Below, in pieces: positions 9,192-18,490 of a stretch of DNA of 25,274 nt. A program made the position numbers and the translations under genes. The notes beneath the pieces are model-generated. The model worked only from the letters and a program-made list of their open reading frames with translations, was not told where the DNA came from and searched no databases. Source of the stretch: Bacillota bacterium (lineage in GTDB: Bacteria; Bacillota; UBA4882; UBA8346); contig JASFQO010000001.1 in assembly GCA_050115405.1 (NCBI GenBank), positions 1-25,274 of the forward strand, in the 5' to 3' direction. Within the stretch, counting starts at the first letter, position 1. Every line of letters starts with the position of its first letter.

Positions 9192-9273
9192 GATCGTAAT
9201 ATTTTATTAAAGGAATTAGGTGGCGCTACCGATAATAAAATTGAGATAAAGGTTTTAGAAAAAAATTCAAATT

Positions 9274-9300
9274 GGAAACCTTTTAGAGTTCAAGACGTTA
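9274..9300 (+). promoter_or_regulatory. Candidate ECF-sigma promoter of the CBS gene
   Basis: GGAAAC-N16-CGTTA resembles the Bacillus SigW/SigM-type TGAAAC-N16-CGTA. Confidence 0.3.
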
Positions 9301-9350
9301 CTTATCAATGTAACCAGGTTTTTAAAAGAATAACCATAAGGGGATGAAAA

Positions 9351-9785
9351 ATGAATATTGCCTTTTTTCTTTTACCCAAAAAAGAAGTGGCCTATTTACA
9401 ATTGAAATGTAGTATGCGGCAAGCGTTGGAAAAAATGGAATACCATCGTTATACGGCAGTCCCAATCGTGGATGAAAACGGTAAATATATCGGGACCTTG
9501 ACGGAAGGCGATTTATTGTGGAAGTTGAAAAACACTCCCAATCTAAGTTTTGAAGGGACGGAACGGGTGCGTTTAAGTGAAGTACCGCGCCATTCCGACC
9601 ACAATCCGGTCCACATTAACGCCGAAATGGAAGACTTGCTTTCATTGGCGGCTACCCAAAATTTTGTACCGGTAGTTGACGATGAAGGGACGTTTATCGG
9701 CATCATTCGCCGCAGTCAAATCATTGAATATTTCGCCAGTTGCTCACAACGTAATTTTCGCCAGTTGAAAGCGGTTGAAAAATGA
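9351..9785 (+). CDS. Stand-alone CBS-pair protein (YkuL/DarB-like fold)
   Basis: RQALEKMEYHRYTAVPIVDENGKYIGTLTEGDLL and NFVPVVDDEGTFIGIIRR form two CBS motifs. Confidence 0.9.
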   Translation: MNIAFFLLPKKEVAYLQLKCSMRQALEKMEYHRYTAVPIVDENGKYIGTLTEGDLLWKLKNTPNLSFEGTERVRLSEVPRHSDHNPVHINAEMEDLLSLAATQNFVPVVDDEGTFIGIIRRSQIIEYFASCSQRNFRQLKAVEK

Positions 9786-9807
9786 AACTTACTTATTGGG
9801 GATAAGT

Positions 9808-9849
9808 ACGGAATGCCCGGCAAAGAGTTCGGGCATTCCGTTTGTTTTT
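9808..9849 (+). terminator. Intrinsic terminator after the CBS gene
   Basis: ACGGAATGCCCG-N10-CGGGCATTCCGT, then TTGTTTTT. Confidence 0.85.
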
Positions 9850-9966
9850 GTTTAGATGGCGCTCCGGTATATTGACCTCAATAATATATCAATAATTCCC
9901 AAACCAAACGGCTAATATTATCAAGATTAGTTTGTTTTTAGTTGATTTATCCTATTTTTGCAGGGA

Positions 9967-9995
9967 TTCCAAATATTTTCACGAATTTATATAAT
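9967..9995 (+). promoter_or_regulatory. Candidate sigma-A promoter for the alpha-2-macroglobulin gene
   Basis: TTCCAA-N17-TATAAT, ending about 45 nt before ATG 10040. Confidence 0.45.
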
Positions 9996-10039
9996 ATTCT
10001 TTAAGTGTGGAAACGACTTTAGAAATGGGGGGAGCTTTG

Positions 10040-13000
10040 ATGGAGGTCAAAAAACGGTTAACAGCGCTCGGAAACCGGCTGCAACAGCTCATGAGCCGGC
10101 AAAACCATCAAAAAGCACTGCTGATTGGTGGTATAAGTTTGTTACTGTTGGCGCTGGTCGGTTATGGAGTAGCCACTTTTTTAGATAGCGGGATCAAATT
10201 AGTCGCGCTTAATCCGGACCGGGATTTCAACCCTAAAACCAATTTAACCTTCACGTTTACCGCTGACGCCGTGGAGGAAACGGCGATCGGAGTGACTGTA
10301 ACCGAGCAGTTGGTCAAATTCACTCCGGAGATCCCCGGTCGGTTTCGCTGGGTTTCCCGGCGGGAATTGCAGTTTCTTCCGGAAAGACCCTTTCTACCTT
10401 CCACCGCATACCGGGCCGAGTTAAAGTCGGGAATTGTGAAAACGCGCGACCGTTTTCTTTCCGGAAAACGCAGTCTTCAATTTAATACCAAACTGTTTCA
10501 GGTGGAAAGCATCAGCACCAATTTTATTTACCCGGCGGAGCACAAGAAAGGCTTGAATTTACAGGTTAACCTGACTTTCAATTATCCGGTGAATGCGGCG
10601 GAGTTGCAAAAGGCGCTGGAAATCAGGCAAGTCAAGACCGGACAGGAAGTCAAGTATAATTTGTCAACTGCCGGACAGAGCGCCAGTTTTATCCTGAAGA
10701 GTGAACCTTTAGAGCTGGCCGGGAAGGATCAACAGATTGAAATAGTAATTTCCAAAGGGTTCCGTCCCGTCGGCGGTAAAATCGGTTTGGCCGCCGACTA
10801 CCGGTACGCTACGGTGTTGGGGGCTAAAAAACCGTTAACGGTGATTGAAGCGGTATCTAAAAATGAATCTACCAAAAGTTGGATTTCCGTCCATTGTTCG
10901 GAATCAGTCGTTGCCAATGCGGTGACCAACTTTATCCGTTTAAAACCGGAAGTGCCTTTTAAAGCCGAAGTCAACGGCGATTACATCCTGATTAAAAGCG
11001 ATCGATTCAAGTCCGGCGCTAGCTACAACCTGCGTTTGACTGCCGGTCTGGCGGCGTTAAACGGTTATCCGTTAAAACGCGATTATTCGGCAACCGTCTT
11101 TTTTACCGATCTCGAACCGAGCTTGCGGTTTAATTCGCCGGGACGGTATCTTTCCAGTAAAGGCCATTTGAATCTGGGCCTGGAGACGGTGAATATTGCA
11201 AAGGTTAATCTGGAAATCAGTCAAATCTATGCCAACAACCTTGTTTCATACTTAAATAACACCAATCACAATGAATATTGCTATTCCGGCCATGTCGAAC
11301 GATTGGGGCGGATTGCCGAATCGACCGTATTAAATATTGACGCCCCCCATAACGAACTGGTAACCACCCCGATTAACCTGAAGGAATATTTAACCGGCAA
11401 TTTTCGGGGTATTATTCAAGTGGTGGTGTATAGCGACGCTAAACGGTGGATTCAAGATTCCAAGTATGTCATTGTTACCGATATCGGAATCGTCGCCAAG
11501 ATGGGCCGGGATGAACTGGTGGTGTGGGTTAATTCGCTGGAAGGGATGGAACCGAAACCCGAGGCGAAAATCAGTTTGATTAGCCGCAACAATCAGGTGT
11601 TGGCCACGGCTGTCACCGATAAAGAGGGCGTAGCCTGTTTTAAAGATATCAAAAAAGCCTGTCAGGGTTATGAACCGTTTTTGATTCTTGCCGAAACCGG
11701 CGGAGATTTTGCTTTTGTCCAATTTGACAAAGGTTTGATTGAAGTCGCCGATTTTGATGTCCGGGGCCGGCAGCATCTGGTAGACGGTTATGAAGCATTT
11801 CTTTATATGGACCGGGATATTTTCCGGCCGGGCGACGCCGGGCATCTGGTGGCCGTGCTGCGCGGCCCGAATGCCGCTTTACCTCCCGAGTTTCCGGTGA
11901 AATTGGAGATCCGCCAGCCGGACGGACGGATTTATCAAGAATTGAAAAGCAATACTATGGACCGGGGCGTCTGTGAATTTGCGCTCAAGTTTCCGGATTA
12001 TGCCCAGACCGGCAAATATCAAGCTGTTTTACGGGTAGCCGAGGAAGCGGTTGGTACGACCGCTTTCAGCGTGGAAGATTTTATGCCGGAAAGGATTAAA
12101 GTGACCGTAAAGACGGACCGGTCCACCTATTTGGCCGGTGAAACCGCGGCCATAAAAGTGCAAGGCCTAAACCTCTTTGGCCCTCCGGCCGCCGGCCGCC
12201 GTTCGGAACTGAAGGTCACGTTGGAACCGGCCAAGTTTACGGCGGCCGGTTTTAACACGTATACTTTCGGCGATTCGGACCAGGCGTTCACCATCAAACA
12301 GCTGGAACTAGGTGAGAGTAAACTGGACGAATCCGGGATGGCGGTCTATAACTATGATTTTCCGCGGGAATTAAACCCGCCGGCCAAAGTCCGGGCGCTG
12401 TTCCATGCCACCGTTTTGGAAGACGGCGGCCGGGCGGTCGGCAGCTATAAGGTGGTTGACCTCCATGCCTATGAGCGTTATATCGGCGTTAAGGCCTTAA
12501 CTTCCAAAGCATATTGCGAGATGAACAAACCCTTTCCCATCAAATATGTGGTGGTGGACAAAGAAGGCCAACCGGTTGAACAAGTGAAATTGCACATTGA
12601 CGTTTACCGGATTACCTGGAATTCGATTTATCGCAAGACTAAATCCGGCCGTTATGAATATGTTTCCGAAGAAGAGAAGGAACGGGTGGAACACCGGACA
12701 GTCACTGCAGCTAAAGGCGCGCAAACCTATCAATATGTCCCGAAAGATTACGGAAAGTACCAAATTGTCCTCAGGGACGCCAAAGGCCGATCCCGGGCGG
12801 GGACCAGCTTTTTCGCTTCCGGTTGGGGATACAGTCCTTGGACGATGGACGCCCCGGAAAAAGTCAGCCTGGAACCGGAAAGGAAAACCTACCAAGTCGG
12901 GGAAAAAGCTAAAATTCAAGTGAAAGCTCCTTTTTCCGGCAAAGCGTTAGTAACGGTGGAACGGGAAAAGGTCTATTCTTATCAGATTGTCGAGTTCAAA

Positions 13001-15481
13001 GAGAATACCGGAATAGTGACTATCCCGGTTAAAGCGGAGTACAAGCCAAATGTCTATGTGACGCTGCAATTGATCCGGTCAATCAAATCACTGGAAAAGC
13101 GGGCGCCGGCCCGCGCTTTCGGTACCGTCCCCCTGCAGGTGGATTGTTCGGCGCATCAATTGACGGTTGCGATTAAGGCGGCGGAAGAAGTCCGGCCGAA
13201 ACAGCCGCTTGTAGTCCAAGTTAAACTGGGCCGCGCTTCCGGGCCGACTTATCTGACCTTGGCCGCAGTGGACGAAGGTATCTGTCAGTTAACCAATTAT
13301 CAAACACCCGACCCGGTGAATTTTTTTTACGGCAAACGGAGCCTGAATATTAATAGTTATGACCTGTACGGCATGATTCTGCCGGAAGTGGAGTCGATTA
13401 AACCGAAAAGCGCCCCCGGGGGCGACGCCGCTATCGATGGGGTGCGCAAACGTAACTTGAATCCGGTCGCGGTGAACCGGGTAAAGCCGGTCGCGCTCTG
13501 GTCGGGCCTGGTGAAAGCGAACCGTAATGGGGAAGCCCGGATTAAATTGGCTGTCCCCCAGTTTAACGGGACTTTGAGATTGATGGCCGTGGCCGCGGGC
13601 GGGACGGACTTCGGCTATGCCCAAAAAAAAATTGTTGTCCGGGATCCGATCGTGATTTCTCCAACCTTCCCCCGGTTTGTAGCGGTTAGCGACAAGTTTA
13701 CCGTCCCGGTGGCGGTCTTTAACGGCACCGGCAAAGCGGGCGATTTTCAATTAACCATGGCCACCAATGGCCCGGTAAGCCTTATATCCGCGGACCAACA
13801 AAACCTGTCCTTGAAAAATCGTGAGGAGAAACTGGTCTATTTTGACTTGCAGGCTAAAAACGCCCTCGGCAAAGGAGCATTTACCTTGCGAGCCCAAGGT
13901 AACCGGCAAACCTGTGAAGTGAAAGAAGAGTTGCCGGTCCGGCCGGCGACGCCGTTGACCCATGAACTGAAATCAGGGTCGATCACCGCCAAGACCCCGT
14001 TAAATATTACTCCGGCGGCGCATTGGTTGCCGGGGACCGCCAGTTACCAACTGACGCTGGCGCCTTTCCCCAGTTTGAAATTTGCCGGTAGTTTGCAATA
14101 TCTCTTATCTTACCCGCACGGCTGCGTGGAACAGACCACGTCCAAACTGTTTCCTTTGTTATACTTTGATGAATTGGCCCGTGCCACGCAAAGCGCGGTT
14201 TTTAAAGGCGGCAACGCCGACTATTATTTGAACGAAGGAATTGCCAAACTGGAAGCGATGCAACTACGGGAAGGTTGTTTTGCCTATTGGCCCGGAGGAA
14301 CCGATAGCAACGAATGGTGTTCGGTCTATGCCTCCCATTTCCTGGTTGAGGCCAGAAAAGCCGGTTACGCGGTTTCCGACCGGGGTTATGACCAAATGGT
14401 GAAATACCTGCAAACCTTGGTTAAAGTCGGCGACAATTCGGCGGAACGTTTGCAGACCCGGGTTTATGCGCTCTACGTTTTGAGTCTGGCCGGCAAGGCG
14501 CAGTTAAGTACGATGGCCTATCTCAAAAGCTTTGCAATGCCGAAATTGGCAGATTACTCCCGTGCCCAACTGGCGGCCGCTTATTGCTACGCCGGGGACC
14601 GTAATACCGCCCGAAAATTATTGCCGGCCACTTTTACCGTAGCTAACGGGGCGCGCCAAAGCGGCGGTAATTTAAATTCCCCGATCCGGGAAGATGCAAT
14701 TATCCTGGGGGCGTTAGCTGACTTAAACCCCCGCGATCCAACCATCTATAAGCTGGTCAGCCGCTTGAGCCGGTCGGCCAAACCGGGTTATTGGGGCACT
14801 ACCCAGGAGAATGCCTTTGCGTTAATGGCATTGGGCAAAATTTACAAACAAAAAAGCGTCGGGGATTACCACGGCGAAGTGTGGGCCAATCATACCAAAA
14901 TTGCTACTTTTGATAATAAAAAGATTTTCCATCTCCAAGACGCCCGGTTGGGCAAAGGAACCATTCAAGTCAAAATCACCGGAACCGGCGAATGTTACTA
15001 TCATTTACAAAGTAGCGGCGTCGCCGCCTCCCGGCAAATTAAAGAGTACAGTCAAGGGTTACGAGTGAGCCGGGAGTATCTGGACCGGTACGGTAATCCT
15101 GTCAATCGGGCGGCGCTCTGCCAGGGCAGCCTGATTGTCGCCCATATAACCATTGAACCGCAGCAGGACCACCTGGAAAATCTGGCTATCGTCGACCTGT
15201 TGCCGGGTGGCTTGGAAATTGACAATCCCCGTCTGGCCAATAGCGGCAGCCTGGCTTGGCTTGCTAAAAAGACCCTGACGCCAAGCTATATGGACATCCG
15301 GGACGACCGGCTGGTGCTTTTTGTCAGTTTGAAACGACGGGGCAAATATGATTTTTATTACGCCTTACGGGCGGTAAGCTGCGGCGAATTTACCTTGCCC
15401 AGCGTCAAGGCGGAATGTATGTATGAACCGGAACTTTCCAGTTACGCCTCAGGGGGGCGGATTACCATCGAGAGAGATTAA
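10040..15481 (+). CDS. yfhM: Bacterial alpha-2-macroglobulin (YfhM/type I, thioester-bearing)
   Basis: About 1810 aa with an N-terminal TM helix. MG-domain motifs FLYMDRDIFRPGD, FSVEDFMPERIKV, LAAVDEGICQLT and VPQFNGTLRLMAVA. Thioester YPHGCVEQ (CVEQ at 14123-14134), WGTTQENAFAL, and C-terminal DIRDDRLVLF...YYALRAVSCGEF. Followed by pbpC. Start uncertain (10007, 10025 or 10040). Confidence 0.95.
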   Translation: MEVKKRLTALGNRLQQLMSRQNHQKALLIGGISLLLLALVGYGVATFLDSGIKLVALNPDRDFNPKTNLTFTFTADAVEETAIGVTVTEQLVKFTPEIPGRFRWVSRRELQFLPERPFLPSTAYRAELKSGIVKTRDRFLSGKRSLQFNTKLFQVESISTNFIYPAEHKKGLNLQVNLTFNYPVNAAELQKALEIRQVKTGQEVKYNLSTAGQSASFILKSEPLELAGKDQQIEIVISKGFRPVGGKIGLAADYRYATVLGAKKPLTVIEAVSKNESTKSWISVHCSESVVANAVTNFIRLKPEVPFKAEVNGDYILIKSDRFKSGASYNLRLTAGLAALNGYPLKRDYSATVFFTDLEPSLRFNSPGRYLSSKGHLNLGLETVNIAKVNLEISQIYANNLVSYLNNTNHNEYCYSGHVERLGRIAESTVLNIDAPHNELVTTPINLKEYLTGNFRGIIQVVVYSDAKRWIQDSKYVIVTDIGIVAKMGRDELVVWVNSLEGMEPKPEAKISLISRNNQVLATAVTDKEGVACFKDIKKACQGYEPFLILAETGGDFAFVQFDKGLIEVADFDVRGRQHLVDGYEAFLYMDRDIFRPGDAGHLVAVLRGPNAALPPEFPVKLEIRQPDGRIYQELKSNTMDRGVCEFALKFPDYAQTGKYQAVLRVAEEAVGTTAFSVEDFMPERIKVTVKTDRSTYLAGETAAIKVQGLNLFGPPAAGRRSELKVTLEPAKFTAAGFNTYTFGDSDQAFTIKQLELGESKLDESGMAVYNYDFPRELNPPAKVRALFHATVLEDGGRAVGSYKVVDLHAYERYIGVKALTSKAYCEMNKPFPIKYVVVDKEGQPVEQVKLHIDVYRITWNSIYRKTKSGRYEYVSEEEKERVEHRTVTAAKGAQTYQYVPKDYGKYQIVLRDAKGRSRAGTSFFASGWGYSPWTMDAPEKVSLEPERKTYQVGEKAKIQVKAPFSGKALVTVEREKVYSYQIVEFKENTGIVTIPVKAEYKPNVYVTLQLIRSIKSLEKRAPARAFGTVPLQVDCSAHQLTVAIKAAEEVRPKQPLVVQVKLGRASGPTYLTLAAVDEGICQLTNYQTPDPVNFFYGKRSLNINSYDLYGMILPEVESIKPKSAPGGDAAIDGVRKRNLNPVAVNRVKPVALWSGLVKANRNGEARIKLAVPQFNGTLRLMAVAAGGTDFGYAQKKIVVRDPIVISPTFPRFVAVSDKFTVPVAVFNGTGKAGDFQLTMATNGPVSLISADQQNLSLKNREEKLVYFDLQAKNALGKGAFTLRAQGNRQTCEVKEELPVRPATPLTHELKSGSITAKTPLNITPAAHWLPGTASYQLTLAPFPSLKFAGSLQYLLSYPHGCVEQTTSKLFPLLYFDELARATQSAVFKGGNADYYLNEGIAKLEAMQLREGCFAYWPGGTDSNEWCSVYASHFLVEARKAGYAVSDRGYDQMVKYLQTLVKVGDNSAERLQTRVYALYVLSLAGKAQLSTMAYLKSFAMPKLADYSRAQLAAAYCYAGDRNTARKLLPATFTVANGARQSGGNLNSPIREDAIILGALADLNPRDPTIYKLVSRLSRSAKPGYWGTTQENAFALMALGKIYKQKSVGDYHGEVWANHTKIATFDNKKIFHLQDARLGKGTIQVKITGTGECYYHLQSSGVAASRQIKEYSQGLRVSREYLDRYGNPVNRAALCQGSLIVAHITIEPQQDHLENLAIVDLLPGGLEIDNPRLANSGSLAWLAKKTLTPSYMDIRDDRLVLFVSLKRRGKYDFYYALRAVSCGEFTLPSVKAECMYEPELSSYASGGRITIERD

Positions 15482-15626
15482 TATGTGATAGTTAAGTGTA
15501 ATTTTTAGTAATTTAATGTAAGCTGAGCTTGATGACATTGGGTTTCAGGGACGAAACCGGCGACGCTTTGAGATACGAATATATCATAATTTAATATTTC
15601 AACGAAGAGTTTCGAGAAGGGTAAGA

Positions 15627-17996
15627 ATGAAAATTATGTTTCCAATAGTTTGGGATCAAATCCGTCACAGCCGGGCGGTAACGGCAATCCGCAACAATCC
15701 CGGGCCAATCAGGACTGCGGTTTACCTGCTTCTCTCCTTGCTTGGTCTGAAATTACTAATGTTTTTGATTCCGTTGCCGCAGACGATGCTCTTTCGGCCC
15801 TCGGCGGCGTTGGTGTTTGACCGAAACGCCCGCTTGTTGCGGGCTTTTACTTCTCGGGACGATATGTGGCGGATTCGGACCTCGATCGACCAAGTCGCGC
15901 CGGTCTTGCCCCAATTTCAACTGGCTTATGAAGATCGGTGGTTTTATTGGCATTGCGGTGTTAATCCGTTCGCCCTGGTCAGGGCTTTCCGGCAAAATGT
16001 GGCGGCTCGTCGGGTAGTGTCGGGCGGCTCCACCTTAACCATGCAGATTGCCCGGATGATGGAACCGAAAAAACGCACTTTTGGGAACAAATTGGTTGAA
16101 ATTTTCCGGGCGGTCCAGTTGGAACAGAGATTTAGTAAACGGCGTCTTTTGGAAATTTATTACAATATCGTGCCTTACGGCGGCAATATCGAAGGGGTGG
16201 CCGCCGCCTCCTGGCTTTATTTCGGCAAGGAACCGTCGCAACTAAGTTTCGGGGAAGCGGCCTTGTTGACGGCGTTGCCGAATTCCCCGACAATGCTTAG
16301 GCCGGATTTATATCCGGAGCGAGCCCGGAAGGCCCGGGACAAAGTGCTGAGAATTGTCTACCGCCGCGGCCTGCTGACCCGGGCGCAATATCGGGAGGCG
16401 CTCGCCGAAGCCGTCCCCACCGCCCGCCAGGAATTGCCGACGACCGCCCCGCATTTATGTGAAGAATTACCGCACAGGGCCCCGGAGGATGCCCGGATTT
16501 ATACCACCTTGAACCGGCGGACGCAAGCGATGGTGGAGGACTTATTGCAAGCGCATATCCGGAGCTTGCGTAATGAACAGATCAGTAACGGGGCAGTCGT
16601 GGTCATTGATAATCGGACTCACGAACTGATTGCGGCAGCCGGTTCGGCCGATTTCAACGATCAGGCCGCTTCCGGGCAGGTGAACGGATTTCGGGCGCCC
16701 CGGTCGCCCGGCTCGGCTTTGAAACCGTTCATCTATGCATTAGGATTTGACCAAAGCGTGATCTCGCCCCAACATTATCTGGAGGATGTTCCAATTGATT
16801 TTTGCGGCGGCTATTCCCCGGAAAATTACGACCGTCAATTTAGGGGGACCGTCACCGCGCGGGAAGCATTGGAACGGTCGTTGAACGTACCGGCGATCAA
16901 TCTGTTACGGCAACTGAATGAGGAGGACTTGTACCAACTGCTGCGCCGCGCCAAATTCACGACGGTAGCCCCGGAAGACCGTTATGGCTTGACCATCGCC
17001 TTGGGCGGCTGCGAAGTGACGTTGCTCGAATTGAGCGCGCTGTATTCGGCATTGGCCAATCAGGGACTCTATCAATTGCCGAAGTTGCGCCGCGATCAGA
17101 TAAGTGAGGAAACCATCCGTTTATTTAGTCCCGGAGCGGCTTATTTAGTGACCGATATTTTAACCGAAGTCACCCGGCCGGATTTGCCGACTTGCTGGGA
17201 GTTCACCTCATTGCCACGGATTGCCTGGAAAACCGGGACTTCCTACGGGCACCGCGACGCCTGGAGCATCGGTTATAACCCCCGCTACACCATTGGCGTC
17301 TGGGTCGGCAATTTTTCCGGGAAAGGGCAACCGGGGATTATCGGCGCGGAAGCTGCGGCTCCGTTACTGTTTGCGATCTTTAACAAAGTTGGCAGCCATT
17401 CCGGCGGTTGGTTCCGGCGGCCGGGTTCAGTTGGCGCCCGGCAGGTCTGCGCCTTGAGTGGCGAGTTACCCGGACCGTATTGCCAAAATTTAGTCACGGA
17501 ATTATATCTAATCGACCATGCCACCCAACAGGAATGTCATTTTCATCAGGCCTTTTTATTGGACGCTCGGACCGGCTACCGTTTGCCGCCTCATTTTACG
17601 ACCGCCCGTCAGACCATAACCAAAACCTATATCAAATGGCCGCCCCGGGTGGCCGCCTGGCTCGCCGGCAACGGGACGCCCGCCGAACCGATTCCCGCCC
17701 TGACTCCCGAATGGCAGCATGCGCTGCCCGGCCAGGCCCCGGTGATCCGCTCGCCCTCCGCCAACTTTCTTTACCAATTACGGGAAGGGATCGACCCGGC
17801 ATATCAAAAAATCTGTCTGGAAGCAGCCGCCTCCAATGACGTCCATAAGCTTTACTGGTTTGTCGACGGAAAGTTGACCGGAACCGCGCGCCCGGGCGAA
17901 AGACTATTTTACCCGCCGGAGACCGGGGAACACCGGATAGTCTGCCAGGATGACCAGGGGAGAAGCAGCGGGGTGCGATTAGTAGTGAAGGACTAG
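15627..17996 (+). CDS. pbpC: Penicillin-binding protein 1C
   Basis: GT51 motifs EDRWFYWHCGV and GGSTLTMQIAR. Transpeptidase SxxK (SALK), SxN (SLN) and KTG. C-terminal BiPBP-like domain (LYWFVDG). Adjacent to the alpha-2-macroglobulin gene. Confidence 0.95.
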   Translation: MKIMFPIVWDQIRHSRAVTAIRNNPGPIRTAVYLLLSLLGLKLLMFLIPLPQTMLFRPSAALVFDRNARLLRAFTSRDDMWRIRTSIDQVAPVLPQFQLAYEDRWFYWHCGVNPFALVRAFRQNVAARRVVSGGSTLTMQIARMMEPKKRTFGNKLVEIFRAVQLEQRFSKRRLLEIYYNIVPYGGNIEGVAAASWLYFGKEPSQLSFGEAALLTALPNSPTMLRPDLYPERARKARDKVLRIVYRRGLLTRAQYREALAEAVPTARQELPTTAPHLCEELPHRAPEDARIYTTLNRRTQAMVEDLLQAHIRSLRNEQISNGAVVVIDNRTHELIAAAGSADFNDQAASGQVNGFRAPRSPGSALKPFIYALGFDQSVISPQHYLEDVPIDFCGGYSPENYDRQFRGTVTAREALERSLNVPAINLLRQLNEEDLYQLLRRAKFTTVAPEDRYGLTIALGGCEVTLLELSALYSALANQGLYQLPKLRRDQISEETIRLFSPGAAYLVTDILTEVTRPDLPTCWEFTSLPRIAWKTGTSYGHRDAWSIGYNPRYTIGVWVGNFSGKGQPGIIGAEAAAPLLFAIFNKVGSHSGGWFRRPGSVGARQVCALSGELPGPYCQNLVTELYLIDHATQQECHFHQAFLLDARTGYRLPPHFTTARQTITKTYIKWPPRVAAWLAGNGTPAEPIPALTPEWQHALPGQAPVIRSPSANFLYQLREGIDPAYQKICLEAAASNDVHKLYWFVDGKLTGTARPGERLFYPPETGEHRIVCQDDQGRSSGVRLVVKD

Positions 17997-18223
17997 ATTT
18001 ATATTTAGAACAAGCTCTTCAGTGTCTCAAAAAACAAGGCTGTAGAAGCGGCTCCCGGATCAACAGTTCCCACGCTTCGTTCCCCCGCGTACAGCGCCCG
18101 ACCCAACCTTTTCCTGCCTTGCATTTATAACAAAATTCAGTAGTCTACAACCGCGGCGCTGTGGTTTTAACGTTGTGTTCCCACCTGCCTCGTGATAAGT
18201 GGACGGGAATCCAGAATGCATAA

Positions 18224-18256
18224 TTACTTGACACTTTGTAGCGTATCAAGTAAAAT
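18224..18256 (+). promoter_or_regulatory. Near-consensus sigma-A promoter overlapped by a dyad operator
   Basis: TTGACA (18228-18233)-N17-TAAAAT (18251-18256). Inverted repeat TTACTTGAcAC-N8-GTaTCAAGTAA (18224-18253, 10/11 match). Confidence 0.7.
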
Positions 18257-18490
18257 AAACTTTGTTGGTGGAAAAAAGTGCCAGGTGCAATTATATTAAA
18301 TAGGTTTATCAAAAATGATCCGCAAATCAGCAGCTTCGTGGCGGGAAACAATGATTGGCGGGTCCGGTGGCAAATATTGATATTGATGCGGCTTTGTTTT
18401 TTTATATTGTTAAACTGCCGCTTCCGACGTCCACCTATAAAACATTTGTGCCTCATGTGCTATATAATACGTGAATGGAGAATGATTTTG

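Noticed and set aside
5236-15481. S8 protease and alpha-2-macroglobulin as a dedicated protease-inhibitor system
   Set aside because: They are separated by prfC and a CBS gene, with terminators between. The protease lacks a signal peptide while the inhibitor is extracytoplasmic.
18021-18037. GTCTCAAAAAACAA resembling the MITE right IR
   Set aside because: Only about 9 contiguous matches, no GGGG end, no partner IR and no target duplication.
18145-18490. Minus-strand 103-aa ORF and the 71-codon N-terminal extension of the MFS ORF
   Set aside because: No RBS support or family features. The MFS homology starts near 18491, and a consensus promoter lies in this region.
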